Assembly (NCBI GenBank): GCA_024704765.1
Contig: JAKMXF010000321.1
Location: 744,001-808,000 of the forward strand
From: Oopsacas minuta
Taxonomy: Eukaryota; Animalia; Porifera
Reading direction: 5' to 3'
DNA length: 64,000 nt
How positions within the stretch are numbered: position 1 is the stretch's first letter; each line of letters starts with the position of its first letter. The position numbers were made by a program, and so were the translations under genes. Shown here piece by piece: positions 21,744 to 34,275 of the stretch. The notes under the pieces are model-generated. The model had not been told where the DNA came from. It worked only from the letters and a program-made list of their open reading frames with translations, and ran no database searches.

Positions 21744-23681
21744 ATGGCAAATTTAGAATTGTCTAAAAACGGTAATAATTACAATTGTAACAATTTGGAC
21801 CAAATAAGTTTCCAGGATCTGAGTTACTCTGTACCTCAAAGGAGGTATGTCTGCTTGTCTTCTCGTCCAAAACCAGTTCTCCAGTCAGTGAGTGGCATAT
21901 TTAGGTCAGGTCTCAATGCTATTCTCGGACCAACAGGGAGTGGAAAGACATCACTCATGGATCTGTTAGCAGGACGCATTAGTCATAGAAGATTCACTGG
22001 AGACATTCGAGTAAACGGACAACCACAACCGGATCATTTCAGGTTCATGGCTGGATACGTGGTGCAGCAGGACTTCCTAGAGGGAGTGTTGAGTGTGAGA
22101 GAGAACATTCACTTCTCTGCTAGTCTGAGACTCTCAAAGCGTAGTCTCAGTCAGGGAGAGAGTGATAGACAGCAGAGAGCTAGATTGGTAGAGGAGGTTA
22201 TTGATAAATTGGGTCTAAGTGAGGTAGCAGACTCTAGAATAGGGACAGATTTCTCCAGAGGTGTATCTGGTGGTGAGAGGAAACGAACTCACATAGCCAC
22301 GGAGTTGGTAATCGCACCTTCCATTCTATTCCTGGATGAACCCACTTCCGGTCTAGATGCTTACACAGCTCTGAAACTAATGCGTCAGCTGAAGACTCTC
22401 TCTCAGGAAGGTCGTTTAATCGTGGTGACACTCCACCAGCCCCGTTATGCCATCCTCCGACTGTTGGACCGTGTGACTCTGTTGTCAGCTGGTGAGACAG
22501 TATATCACGGAGAGTGGACAGATGTTACTGGTTATTTCTCTGAGATAGGTTATCAGTGTGAGGAGAAAGAAAATCCTGGAGACTTCCTGCTTGATACTAT
22601 CTTCAAGGAAAAAAACAAGGATAATAAAATAGGTGAAAGATATATCACAGATAATCAGATGATCAAACTTAGCACAAAATTCAATGCTTCGAATCAAAAC
22701 CAGCATTTAATGGCTACATTGGAAAATATTCATTCAAATAATATAGCATCTCCTAGCAAACCTTCAGCTCGTTATGCTACTAATATCTTCTCACAGATGC
22801 TGACTTTATCTAACAGGACAATGCGTGTATTCCTTCGCTTCCCATATCCAGAAATCCTACAGTTTATATTCAACATACTAGCTATAGGGATTGTTAAGTT
22901 TTTTACCTGGAACACAGATTTATCATTAGATGGTCTTCAAAACAGACTCACTCTGACAATTGTACTTCTCTGTCTAATGTCTACAATATGTGCTCCTTAC
23001 TTAACTACATTCTTTTTCAGCAAAAAACAGTTATATTTCGAAACTAATCATTGCTATTACCGCGTGTCTGCATATTTCTTATCTAAAATCTTAACAGAGA
23101 TAATTCCTCGTTGCATACTACCAGCTCTACTAACTTCTTTCATATACTATTTTGTGCAAGGATTCGTGGTTGCTTGGGGAAATATAGGAATTTTCTTATT
23201 GGTTATCTTTTCATATACATTTGCGGAAACTGCCTTGATTAGCTTGATAGCAATGTCTAGTGGTGTTGAGTTTCAAGCTATGTTCCTAAAAGGCTACCTC
23301 TTGTTCATAATGGTATCTTTTTCTGGGTTCTTCTTCAACATTCAAGAAACTCACTTTATTCTAGAATATTTCACATATCTATCTTTCTATAGATTATCCT
23401 ACTCTACCATTCTAGCTAATGAATTGTCTGGACTAGATTTTTGTCATCCGATAGTACGGAATCTAACTGGAGATGGAAGCTGCCCTCATTTCGACTATAG
23501 AGTTAGTCCAGAAATAGTTTTAGAATCACACACCTCTGGAGATGATTATTTAGCTAAGCAGGGGATTTCTGTATCCAATCCTTTTGACATATGGATCGGT
23601 ATAATCCTCTTACTAGTGTATGGATGTATCTTATATTCCTTAACTTATTTGAAGCTTAGGTTATTCGCAAGAAAACAGTAA
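21744..23681 (+). CDS. ABCG-subfamily half transporter (NBD-TMD), 645 aa, ABCG2/White-like
   Basis: Same NBD motifs as the 18201-20159 gene; distinct N-terminus, linker and TMD; intronless. Confidence 0.93.
   Translation: MANLELSKNGNNYNCNNLDQISFQDLSYSVPQRRYVCLSSRPKPVLQSVSGIFRSGLNAILGPTGSGKTSLMDLLAGRISHRRFTGDIRVNGQPQPDHFRFMAGYVVQQDFLEGVLSVRENIHFSASLRLSKRSLSQGESDRQQRARLVEEVIDKLGLSEVADSRIGTDFSRGVSGGERKRTHIATELVIAPSILFLDEPTSGLDAYTALKLMRQLKTLSQEGRLIVVTLHQPRYAILRLLDRVTLLSAGETVYHGEWTDVTGYFSEIGYQCEEKENPGDFLLDTIFKEKNKDNKIGERYITDNQMIKLSTKFNASNQNQHLMATLENIHSNNIASPSKPSARYATNIFSQMLTLSNRTMRVFLRFPYPEILQFIFNILAIGIVKFFTWNTDLSLDGLQNRLTLTIVLLCLMSTICAPYLTTFFFSKKQLYFETNHCYYRVSAYFLSKILTEIIPRCILPALLTSFIYYFVQGFVVAWGNIGIFLLVIFSYTFAETALISLIAMSSGVEFQAMFLKGYLLFIMVSFSGFFFNIQETHFILEYFTYLSFYRLSYSTILANELSGLDFCHPIVRNLTGDGSCPHFDYRVSPEIVLESHTSGDDYLAKQGISVSNPFDIWIGIILLLVYGCILYSLTYLKLRLFARKQ
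21805..22586 (+). repeat. Right arm of 782-bp inverted repeat
   Basis: Runs from taagtttccaggatc to cctggagacttc; identity stops abruptly on both sides. Confidence 0.9.
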
Positions 23682-24650
23682 TCTCCCTACATATAATTAT
23701 TCATATACTCCGAATATTTATTGTAATGTAATTGATGGATGTTGTATATTCATTAAACATATGTATTATCATATCATACTTATCAACCTCTTCTAACTAT
23801 TTCCCTGGTTTTCTAATTTATATGCAAATATGAATAATTTTTCTCTTTTGATGAGATAAAAAGTATCAAACATTCAATCGTACATACATACATACATATA
23901 GACAGGGTTTCTTCCAACTTTTATATGTAGTGCGCCTGAATGAGTTCTCGGTTTCACTTGCGCGCCTAGACTATTTGGATTATCGAAGCATCAAACTTAA
24001 ATTCTAAGCAAATCATACATCCATTACATATTATACGATTAATACTACATTCCAGAGGTGTCATGCTAGTAGTGTTAGGGCTCGACCTACGTATCATTTA
24101 TCAAGCTTCCTCCCTTTAATTATGAACAATTTACCTTTTAAATTATTTTACAATATAATGAATTCAAACTGATTAATCGAATAAACAATAATACAATTCA
24201 ATTGACTTTTATGATTGTTACCATTGTAATATTATAGATATTACTAAATAATAATGAAACCGAGACAATACTAACAACAATACTAACCTACTTACATCGC
24301 TATTTATATCAGCTAACTTTGTATAGAACGTTCTAGAATAATACTACAGCTAAGTAGTATGTAGATACTACACCATTATTACATTATTCGCCGAATTAGG
24401 CGTATACAGCGGGCCTAACTCTCAAAATTTTCTTACTCCTAACTATACAAATTTTTTGTAAATACGCGCCTGTAGGCGCACGTAGCGCTCCTGGGTGAAA
24501 GCCTGTATATATATAACTAATTAGCACCTTAGTATGCTTATATTAATAATATATTATATTCGGGATTAGTTATTAATGAGAACAAATAATTAAAATTCTT
24601 CTTCCTAACATGTATGTATAAGTGTGAATCTCAAGCAGTTTTCAAACTAC

Positions 24651-24752
24651 TTGTATCTGTATACTAGTTGTATCTGTATACTAGTTGTATCTGTATACTA
24701 GTTGTATCTGTATACTAGTTGTATCTGTATACTAGTTGTATCTTTATATTAG
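24651..24752. repeat. 17-bp minisatellite (ttgtatctgtatactag), 5 perfect copies + 1 degenerate
   Basis: Directly visible head-to-tail units with no spacers. Confidence 0.9.
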
Positions 24753-25630
24753 TTGTATGTGTATGCCAAAATACATGCCAACAACAATGTAACAAATTCA
24801 TGATTGGAGTGTGGTACATGAATGCTCTGCTCATGATAATGATTTCCATACAAAGGTCTATTATAGCAATATGCATCCTTTTACCCGCGCCTAGAGTATA
24901 CATTTAGTATTACTGTATTGGGGGTCTTGCCCGAATGTTGAAGCGCCTAGATCGATATTAGCTGAAATTCATGCGGCTAAAACCCTAAAAGTAACTACAC
25001 TTTACAAATCAGTGTAGCATCGAAATATCAATGAAACTCCCACAAAACAATTTCGAAGTCTGTAATATAATAGAGATCAATTATTATCCAGTTTTATGCT
25101 TATCAGAATATCTTTATGATTTATTCCTGGTAACATGAGCTATAAATCATAATAATGAATTCAACAATAGAATTTAGGGAGATTATATCATATACTAAGA
25201 GTTAATTATACAATAGGTTAGGAGATTACATATTCTCATTTGGATAATATAGTATATGACATATAATCCATTTAATTTGCTCTTGTACCTTGAACACTGT
25301 TAAACTCGTACATCTATCTGATACATGTAGAGAGCAACAGTATAAGCAATGATTGTGCAATAATGTTCGTATTCAATTCAGATATCTATATATACTGCCT
25401 TAGGAAATGTTAATACAAAATTCGTTAAAATATACAAGATACATTCTGTTCGACTCGATATATAGACAATAGCACTTTGTGTTCATAAAATACAGGTATG
25501 TAAGCATGTATTAATTAATATTTGTGTATATATTTATAAATGTATAAATATTAGTTCGGCTCGGGCATCTGAATTATTTTTCTTACAAATGAACAAAATC
25601 AATAGTCTTAAATTACCAGGCAAACAAATA

Positions 25631-25700
25631 TTTTAGTGCAGCTCCTATAGGGAGGTGCTCTAATGGCACGGACGATGTACGATGTCCGTACGTCTGCGCA
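25631..25700 (+). mobile_element. Head of a dispersed repeat family resembling Helentron-associated (DINE-1/HINE-like) elements
   Basis: ttttagtgca(g/a)ctcctatagggag...ggca(c/t)ggac.atgta...gtccgt recurs at 58186-58270 (+), and in reverse at ~17178-17275 and ~62630-62695. T-run, short palindrome and GTCC-type microsatellite organisation; class assignment is inference. Confidence 0.45.
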
Positions 25701-26706
25701 ACCTTCGAAATATAGCACTCCTTTTTGCACGTTATTCTAAATAATTCTATAGTCTGTTTGAAAGGAAAGATGTATGGTATGCTATATTGAATTTGAATTA
25801 CACGATTCTGGAAAGTGGCATAACTATGTATTTAGAATTTATAGAATTGGTACAAGAATTGACAATCGGTTGTGGAGAAAGCACACATTAACCGAGAGCC
25901 GCCTTAATCTGAGCTCTACAGTATGCAATACATACATAGAAATCACGTATAATTTGTTATATCGGCTAACGTATCCCTAGTCCAAAATCCCAAGTTACTG
26001 TTTGGCCGTAAGAATAGTTGGCTAAGGAGTAATCATATGATAAATCCTGTCGATACAATATTCAAAGTTAGAGTCTATGTGTCAGTATACCTCCTCACTA
26101 ACCGTTGAAACAAAATTTTGTACCATTTTGGAATGATAAATCGTGTAGATATATATTTGAAAAGAATAATTAGGGACTACATACTTGATTACCCTCCCCC
26201 TCCCCTTCGAACAAACAGATGAAATGAAATTTCTTGCTCTATCATAATATTCAAATACATATATTCAAAAAGTGTGGAAACCTAATTAATCATATGGAAA
26301 TCATACAGATGTAGATTTGAAAATTTCAATGTTGGAATCGCCATACTCAAATACCCCAGAGTAGCCGTTGGAACGAATCTAACCTAATTTTGAAAGATAA
26401 ATAAAACGTATGAAAATGTGATTAATCATATGATAAATATGGGAATTTGTAACTTTCATTATTTAGACTCTCAAAATTTCAAAATCGGGCTCTAACGCGT
26501 CCATCTACCCTTGACACTCTTTTGAAACCTAATCTCTAGTATGCTTTTCAATTTCACATTCTTATTTGTATGAAATTTCAGTTTAGAAACCAAGAAAAGT
26601 GCTAAAGTTAGCCCTGCTTCGTAACTTGATAACAATAAACCGTATTACCTTATTCTAATGAACATGTTCAATTTCAATTATTAGATTAGAGCAGTGTACG
26701 TTTAGT

Positions 26707-29700
26707 ATGGCTTGTTATGCTCAGTTCAAAACAGATCAAGGTTCTAATGATCTTGAACAAAAGATAATTCAAGATGCGACTACCCTCCAATCTTTGAATG
26801 GGGATTCCAGATTTCCCGCTTCGATGACATACACAGACAAATATTCTGAAACTGAAGACTACAAGAGGAGTTTGGATATTGAGCCTTTAAAATGTTCTTC
26901 ACTTGGATCAGAAGTGAATATTCTGCAGGAACAATTAGATAAACTTGGCCTTCTGCAAGAACATATAGAATATATCATCGAGAATGGTGAAAAATTAATG
27001 AATAAACCTCTAATACTATCTAAGAAACTTAAGATTACAATCAAAATAGCAGAAAAAGCGCTAGGGATACTCAAGATGTATAAACAGACGTCAACTAGCA
27101 AAGTTAGCCCTGAAATAATCAGCAAAATACAAGATTGTTTGAAAGAAAATCCTGAAATTGAAAATCACGAAGACATTTCCATTCTCTGTGATATTGAAGA
27201 AGCATTAATTTCTGAATATTTCAGAACGCAACCTCTGACTGAAAAACAAAAATTTTCAATAAAAGAAAAATATAATGCAGGATATCCAATTAGTGACATT
27301 GCGAATATACTCAAAATATCAGAAGAAAAAGTTAAAAAATATGTAGAAGAATCATTCTTAACATTTTCTGATGAAGAAGGAAAAATAGTTCTTGAGATCA
27401 TTCAGAATATTATTGGGGAAATAACACCATCCAATGTACGAAAGAAGATAATTGACAGGGATTTGAAATTACAAGATCAGCTTTGTTGCATATTACCCGA
27501 TAGAAATGATGTGCAGTACAATGAATTGAAGAAATACTTTAAGAAATTTGAAGAATCCAAATATTTCTTTGAGTTAGATACAAAATTGACAACTGAAGAT
27601 ATTTCCTATATCAATCAATATGGTGCAAAAGATATCGAAGAACTCAGCATCAAATTACAAAAGGTAGAATCAGTAATAAGAAAATATCTAGAACAGTATC
27701 ATCCAGATCAAAAACTGATCCAACAATGTCAAATTGAACAAAATAAACAAATCCAAACCTATTGGAACATTTCGGAAATGAAGAACTGAAATTCCACTCA
27801 TATAGAATGGTAATTGTAAATTCATTTGAGGAAATCATGAAAGATGCAGAGTTGCCAGGAAAAACACCAAAGGAAATATTTCAACAACTTCTACCATTAA
27901 CATTCTATTACCTAAAGTGTAGTCTTCCCTTTGATGATATTACTCAAATCCTTGCAAATACATGTAATATATCTCTCACAAATCATGAAATATTTCATAT
28001 GATATTCCAGTTATCTGACCCCATATTAAGAGGATTCTGTATTGAACACTATTCATTCAGTAATCCAGTGCCATTCTACTATCCTATACTATCTCAAAAT
28101 GATAAGACAATAAGTTTCAAACCAACCAATGAGTTGTGGTATTCTATGGAATCGTTTAATGGACTAATCTCATTTGGAATAGGAAGAGCTGGATGGAATC
28201 AGATGGGAAAATCATATCTGTTGGATTTGACTTTTGGTACTGACTTTGTTAACGCAAGTCCTCAAAAGAGTGCATTTCATTCAGGTTCGATTGACATTCA
28301 AATGACAAAAAATCTATTCGGTGAAAAGGTGGAGGATAAGAGTGAATCCACTAAATGGGCATACCTTGACTGTCAGGGAAACACCAAATTTGAGGTTATC
28401 AATGCTATATCTCAACACTTGGACATTGCATTAGTCCACATCAGCTATAATGATTACATTAATCGTGGCGCATTGTTGGAAAATGACATCCTTAAATCAA
28501 CACAAACTGTCAAACGGGCATATTTCCTTATCAGAGATTATAATGAAACCGAATTGAAGAGACAAGAAGAAGATTTCTATATCCACAAATCAGCAAAATT
28601 GATCTTCGTTCCGAATCTCACAAACACAAACATCAATATCCAATCTGTAAAGAAAAGATTAAGAGAAATTGGTCACGAAATTTTGCATCAGAAATCTGAA
28701 AAAAATATTGGAGGCAAATTTCTAGAATCTGTACTAGATCTTAAGCATGAAAGACTGAATGCTATCAGATCAGACAACCAATTGGTAATGAAGATTAAGG
28801 AAAACATAATCAGCGAAACAAAAGAGTCTGATAAATTGAATTTCTCCTCCTTCAATTATTATCCTCTGTTTGTGAAATATATGAATTGTTTCTATAAATC
28901 ATGTTATGAAACGGACCAGAAACTTATTGATAAACTGAATGGAGAAAGACAGTTACTCAACACGCAGATTCTCAAACAGGATAAGGGTGAAGTTGTTGAC
29001 CATTTCAACCAAATATTAGATACTAATCGTTCAACACTGATTTTGTGGAAATTATCACAGGAACTTTCTCAATTATCGAATGAACTATTCCCTAAGAGTG
29101 TGATTGAACAAAATAAAGAGAAATTTACTCTAGAAATTCTTTGGAGAGAAACATTGTTGTATATTAAGTATGGGAATTTGGGTTTGAGGGAAGCAGACCA
29201 CTTCAAAAGAAAAATAGCATCAAACTACAGCAAACATGTGGAAATGGGAGAGGCATTTGAATTAATTGATGGTGATAATCTAAGTTACTTTGATAAAGAA
29301 ATCGATTCGCTATTGGCCGATGTATATGAAATGAATAAGGGAAAAGAAGCTCCAATTGTTGTAAGCATATTCGGACCACAAAGTTCAGGAAAATCTACAT
29401 TATTGAACTATTGCTTTGGTTGTAAGTTCTTAACCAGTGCTGGCAGATGCACTAGAGGAATTTACGGATCACTCTCTAGATTAAGTCGAAAGGTTAATGG
29501 TGCACATCAATTGTTAATTCTTGATACAGAAGGTTTGGATGCTATTGAAAGGAAAACGATGATGAATGATATTGAGAAGAAGAGTATGCAAGATACATCT
29601 ATTATTCATTTTGACAGAACTATGGTATTGTTCTGTCTTGCAGTGTCACAAGTTGTAATCATAAATGTGAAAGGAGATATAGGCAGTCAAATGCAGAATA

Positions 29701-32700
29701 TGTTACAGATATGTGCATATGCTCTAAACAAACTGAAAGTTAGGAAAGTACCACCACCAAAAATCTTCTTTGTATTAAATCAACAAGCAGATCCTGATCC
29801 TGAGAAACATTTAGAATCTATCAATATTCTGATGAATAATATCAATAGGAATCCTATATGTTAGATACTGAGGGTGTTAAAATGTCAGATTTAATTCAAA
29901 TCACAAAAGAAAATCTATTCATCCTTCCTTCAGCATTCAATTCGGATTCAATGAATAAACCAAATTCTAAACTATTTGATTCAGACGTAATCAAATTATC
30001 TCCGACTATTTCATTTGCAGAAAAATGTGCAAAATTGAGACTTTCTATTATTGACAAGTTAGATAACATGAAAACTGATGAGATAGAACACTTTCAAACA
30101 ATGAGTGAGTGGATACAAATGTCTGGCACTGTTTGGGACACAATAATCAATTATCAAGATATCGTGAAGTATGATGATTATCAAGAGATTAAATGCAGTG
30201 AATTGCTCAACTGTATAATCTCTGAAATAATGGAAAAACATATTTACAGTAACAGAGATCGCTTCGATCAAGCTGCAGAAAAACTAACTCAAGAAATACA
30301 AGACTTAAAAACACAAGTGAACTCAAATCAAAAACTAACAAGCGTAATGCTAAAGTTTGACGAGACCTTCAATATACACTACGAACGTTGTTTGGCAGAC
30401 TTTTTGAAGAAATGTGAAGGTGATAGGCAACTCAAGGAATTGTTTCGTATTTGTAGCGAAGCGAAATCAAACCTACTTAAATTACTATATATGGTGAGGA
30501 AGGAGTATGAAGATAGCTTCAAATTTCAGGTTAATGCAGCTCATACGGAGATTAAATTATCCAGAGCATGATAAAATTTCAAGAATTAATCATTAAAAAC
30601 GTGGATAAATATCTAGAAATCAATGTAGAACAACAAAAGTGTGCTTTCGAAACAATCTGGGCAGAATGTTTCGGAAATTGTGACTTGAGAGAAGAAGAAG
30701 AAAATGAAATTAATCAGAGTTTTAGCAAGTTGTATTCGATATTTATGATAGAATCAAAGGGAATGGAAAAAATGTCAACAACATTCGAACTATTTCGTAG
30801 TAGGAACTTTCAAATGAAAGAAATAATAAAAGACATTTCTGAAGATACTCTTGCAAGGTTCCAATGTCATCCAACTCATCTCAAAGGGTCAGAGAGAGTA
30901 TTCTATGTTACCAATAGAAATAATCAAGTAATCAAGGAAATGACTCCTTACATAGGGAAAGAGGATTATGAGTACTTTAGTAAAGATTATTTCTTCGGAA
31001 ATTACAAATTGATTCAACAAGACAAGAAGCCTAGAATTACAGGATTAGCCCCAAAGGAATGCCACCCATTAATCAACTATTGTTCAGGATACTTCAACCA
31101 TCCAGACATAATTTGGGGCAAATTGAACAAAGAAAGTCAAATCCTATTGTTGGTATCTCAGTTAAGAGATCCAAACAACACCAAAAGAAGCACATGGAGT
31201 AAATTATTGAAGAACATTAAGAAGGAAATGAAAGTTTCATCGAGAAAGATCCAAATATTTCACCAGCAACAGTCAGAGAGATGGTTAACTACCAAACTCA
31301 ACTATTCAAAATTGTAAACTATGAAATCGGATTCATTCATGCAAAGTTGACTAATACCGCAGAGAAGACAATAGAAAAATTCGTGTTTGCTCTTGCATTC
31401 GAATCTATTTGGGAAATAACAAGAAATAAACTATCCGAGGATAAAAAGATAAAGGAAACGAAGAAAATTACTTCCTGCCAGTACTTTTTGCAAAAAATCG
31501 AAAATCGAAAAATGGTAAGAGGGGAATGGGATCGTGAGAAAATGAGAGATAGCGACAAAGCAATCTCTCAAAAGTTCGCGGTGGACTTCATAGAAAGTGT
31601 AGGAAGAGGAATATCAAATATGTCTAAGCATCTCTTCGAATGCAATTTCAACGAACGAAAAGATAATTTCTCAAACGAAAGCATCTTCTTTAAAGCAAAC
31701 TATATAATTACAGAGGAGCTGTATAAATCTGATGACAAAGTTTTTGATACAAACCATATGGTTGTCCAATACATATGTAATCGAAACGAATTAATCAGAC
31801 GCTTATTCAAGGAGAAATGGAGTCAAGTTGAAGACGAAGAATACAATATTATCGTTTCACAAATGAAAGCTGATTTTGCAAAACACATGAATGATATTAC
31901 AAAGGTTCTAGAAGCAATGACAAATGACTTGATTGAATCATGCTCTGAACAGAGAAACTCTGAGCAAAATGCATTCGATTCAGATAGCAACTTTGATGTA
32001 ATTGATTTAAAAAACAGCAAAAAGAATAATTCTGAACAGAAGTCGAGAGAGAGAGAAAGTCCGTTCAAAGCAATGGTAACATATTTAAAGATGTATCTAG
32101 ACCCCAAAGTCAATGCAGAAGAATTCAATAAATATTTTTCAGAGATTTTCGAATTAGATGGAGTAAAAATCAAAAAATCTGACACTTACATATTATGCAA
32201 TAAACCAAATTCACGACATTGTGTTCTTAGTGAAGATCTCTTCAAAAAGTTGGAAAACACTAAAATGTTTAACTCTGAAAATATATTCAACATCTACGAG
32301 TATATCACAGAATTCACGCGGGTTGTTAGCGAATACAAGTATGAAATTTCTCGTGAAGACTTTGGAACAATGGTACGAGATATAAAAGAAAGCTATGAAA
32401 AAGATGTACTCGGTTGTCCAAACCAATGTCCAAGTTGTGGCAAGTTTTGTGATAGAAAACTCCATCCAAACGATGGGAAATGTCAGATAAAGACTGGTCA
32501 CCAAATGTGTTCAATGGGGGGTAAGGCGTGGAAGGATGACAGGGATAAATCTGTAGTATTATTCACCTGTGACGACTATAAAGATGATACTAAACTTATT
32601 CTACATGGTAAAATGCTAAATTGGCGTCAGTTCAAAGAAAAGTCTAAAATGGATTGGAACTGGGCACTCCTGAGGAAGAAAAGTTTCTAGCTTTACAGCG

Positions 32701-33357
32701 AAGTAATCAAGAAAAAATGAAACGAATCTGGGATAGGTTTGGTCAAGCAATCATAATCTACTACGCACAAAAAGGAATAGAAATGAAACATACACGATAT
32801 ACTTCTGTTGATGATAGTTACAATTCGTCATCTTCGCTTGACTACAATATCTGTTTCGTTATTGATGGAACCGGATCCATGCATACAGATATCAAGAAAG
32901 CAAGAAAATCTGTTAAAAAATTCATCAAGAACTACAAACAAAGAGGAAGTATATCAAATTTTAAAGTCGTTATCTATCGTGATCACTGTGATAAGACAGT
33001 TGTTGAAATGTTTCCGATTGGAAACAACTTTACTTCACAACACGAACAAGTTCAACAATTTCTTAAAGAAGTTAAGGCTACTGGTGGTGGAGACTATCCA
33101 GAAGCAGCATTGGATGGTCTAGCGACTGCAGCCACTAAATGTAAATGGAATACTCATACCCAAAATAGAAACATAATCATCCATATATTCGACGCACCAC
33201 CACATGGAGACTTTCCGAATTACAATCGACATAATAAAATGAGTGATAAATCAAACTGCTGTTGTTGTAATCATGGTACTTTGTGCCCGTTTGATTGGCA
33301 AAGAGATGTCTGGGACAGAATGAAAGAATTCCAAATCAAGTATTATGGAATAAATAC
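26707..33357 (+). CDS. Very large inducible GTPase (VLIG/GVIN1-like) with C-terminal VWA domain; ~2,260 aa if five single-base frameshifts are corrected; 3' end lost in the gap
   Basis: Six consecutive overlapping ORFs (26707, 27762, 29858, 30568, 31281, 32654). G1 GPQSSGKS (29373), G2 RCTRG, G3 DTEG; degenerate upstream P-loop GIGRAGWNQMGKS; CPNQCPSCGKFC...H...H motif; VWA MIDAS DGTGS, YRDH, GGGDYPEA, DAPPHG. Confidence 0.8.
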
Positions 33358-34122
33358 NNNNNNNNNNNNNNNNNNNNNNNNNNNNNNNNNNNNNNNNNNN
33401 NNNNNNNNNNNNNNNNNNNNNNNNNNNNNNNNNNNNNNNNNNNNNNNNNNNNNNNNNNNNNNNNNNNNNNNNNNNNNNNNNNNNNNNNNNNNNNNNNNNN
33501 NNNNNNNNNNNNNNNNNNNNNNNNNNNNNNNNNNNNNNNNNNNNNNNNNNNNNNNNNNNNNNNNNNNNNNNNNNNNNNNNNNNNNNNNNNNNNNNNNNNN
33601 NNNNNNNNNNNNNNNNNNNNNNNNNNNNNNNNNNNNNNNNNNNNNNNNNNNNNNNNNNNNNNNNNNNNNNNNNNNNNNNNNNNNNNNNNNNNNNNNNNNN
33701 NNNNNNNNNNNNNNNNNNNNNNNNNNNNNNNNNNNNNNNNNNNNNNNNNNNNNNNNNNNNNNNNNNNNNNNNNNNNNNNNNNNNNNNNNNNNNNNNNNNN
33801 NNNNNNNNNNNNNNNNNNNNNNNNNNNNNNNNNNNNNNNNNNNNNNNNNNNNNNNNNNNNNNNNNNNNNNNNNNNNNNNNNNNNNNNNNNNNNNNNNNNN
33901 NNNNNNNNNNNNNNNNNNNNNNNNNNNNNNNNNNNNNNNNNNNNNNNNNNNNNNNNNNNNNNNNNNNNNNNNNNNNNNNNNNNNNNNNNNNNNNNNNNNN
34001 NNNNNNNNNNNNNNNNNNNNNNNNNNNNNNNNNNNNNNNNNNNNNNNNNNNNNNNNNNNNNNNNNNNNNNNNNNNNNNNNNNNNNNNNNNNNNNNNNNNN
34101 NNNNNNNNNNNNNNNNNNNNNN
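33358..34122. other. Assembly gap (765 N)
   Basis: Run of N; the corresponding interval in the inverted copy (~62058-63106) is about 1,050 nt. Confidence 1.
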
Positions 34123-34275
34123 TAGTACAGTAGAGAATCTGGAAAATAAGTAATCTGACAAAATGATAGACTATTACAGCAGCTATGTAACACCTGCTGA
34201 AACAATAACAACAATAACAACAACAACAATCTAGTGTATTACATTGTGTAAGCATGTATATGTCGATGTCATTCC

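Noticed and set aside
24651-24752. 17-bp repeats as a CRISPR array
   Set aside because: Units are directly adjacent with no unique spacers, there are no cas genes, and the context is eukaryotic: a minisatellite.
27750-32690. Programmed ribosomal frameshifting in the VLIG gene
   Set aside because: No consistent slippery heptamer at the five junctions, and the paralog reads through the comparable junction with one extra C.
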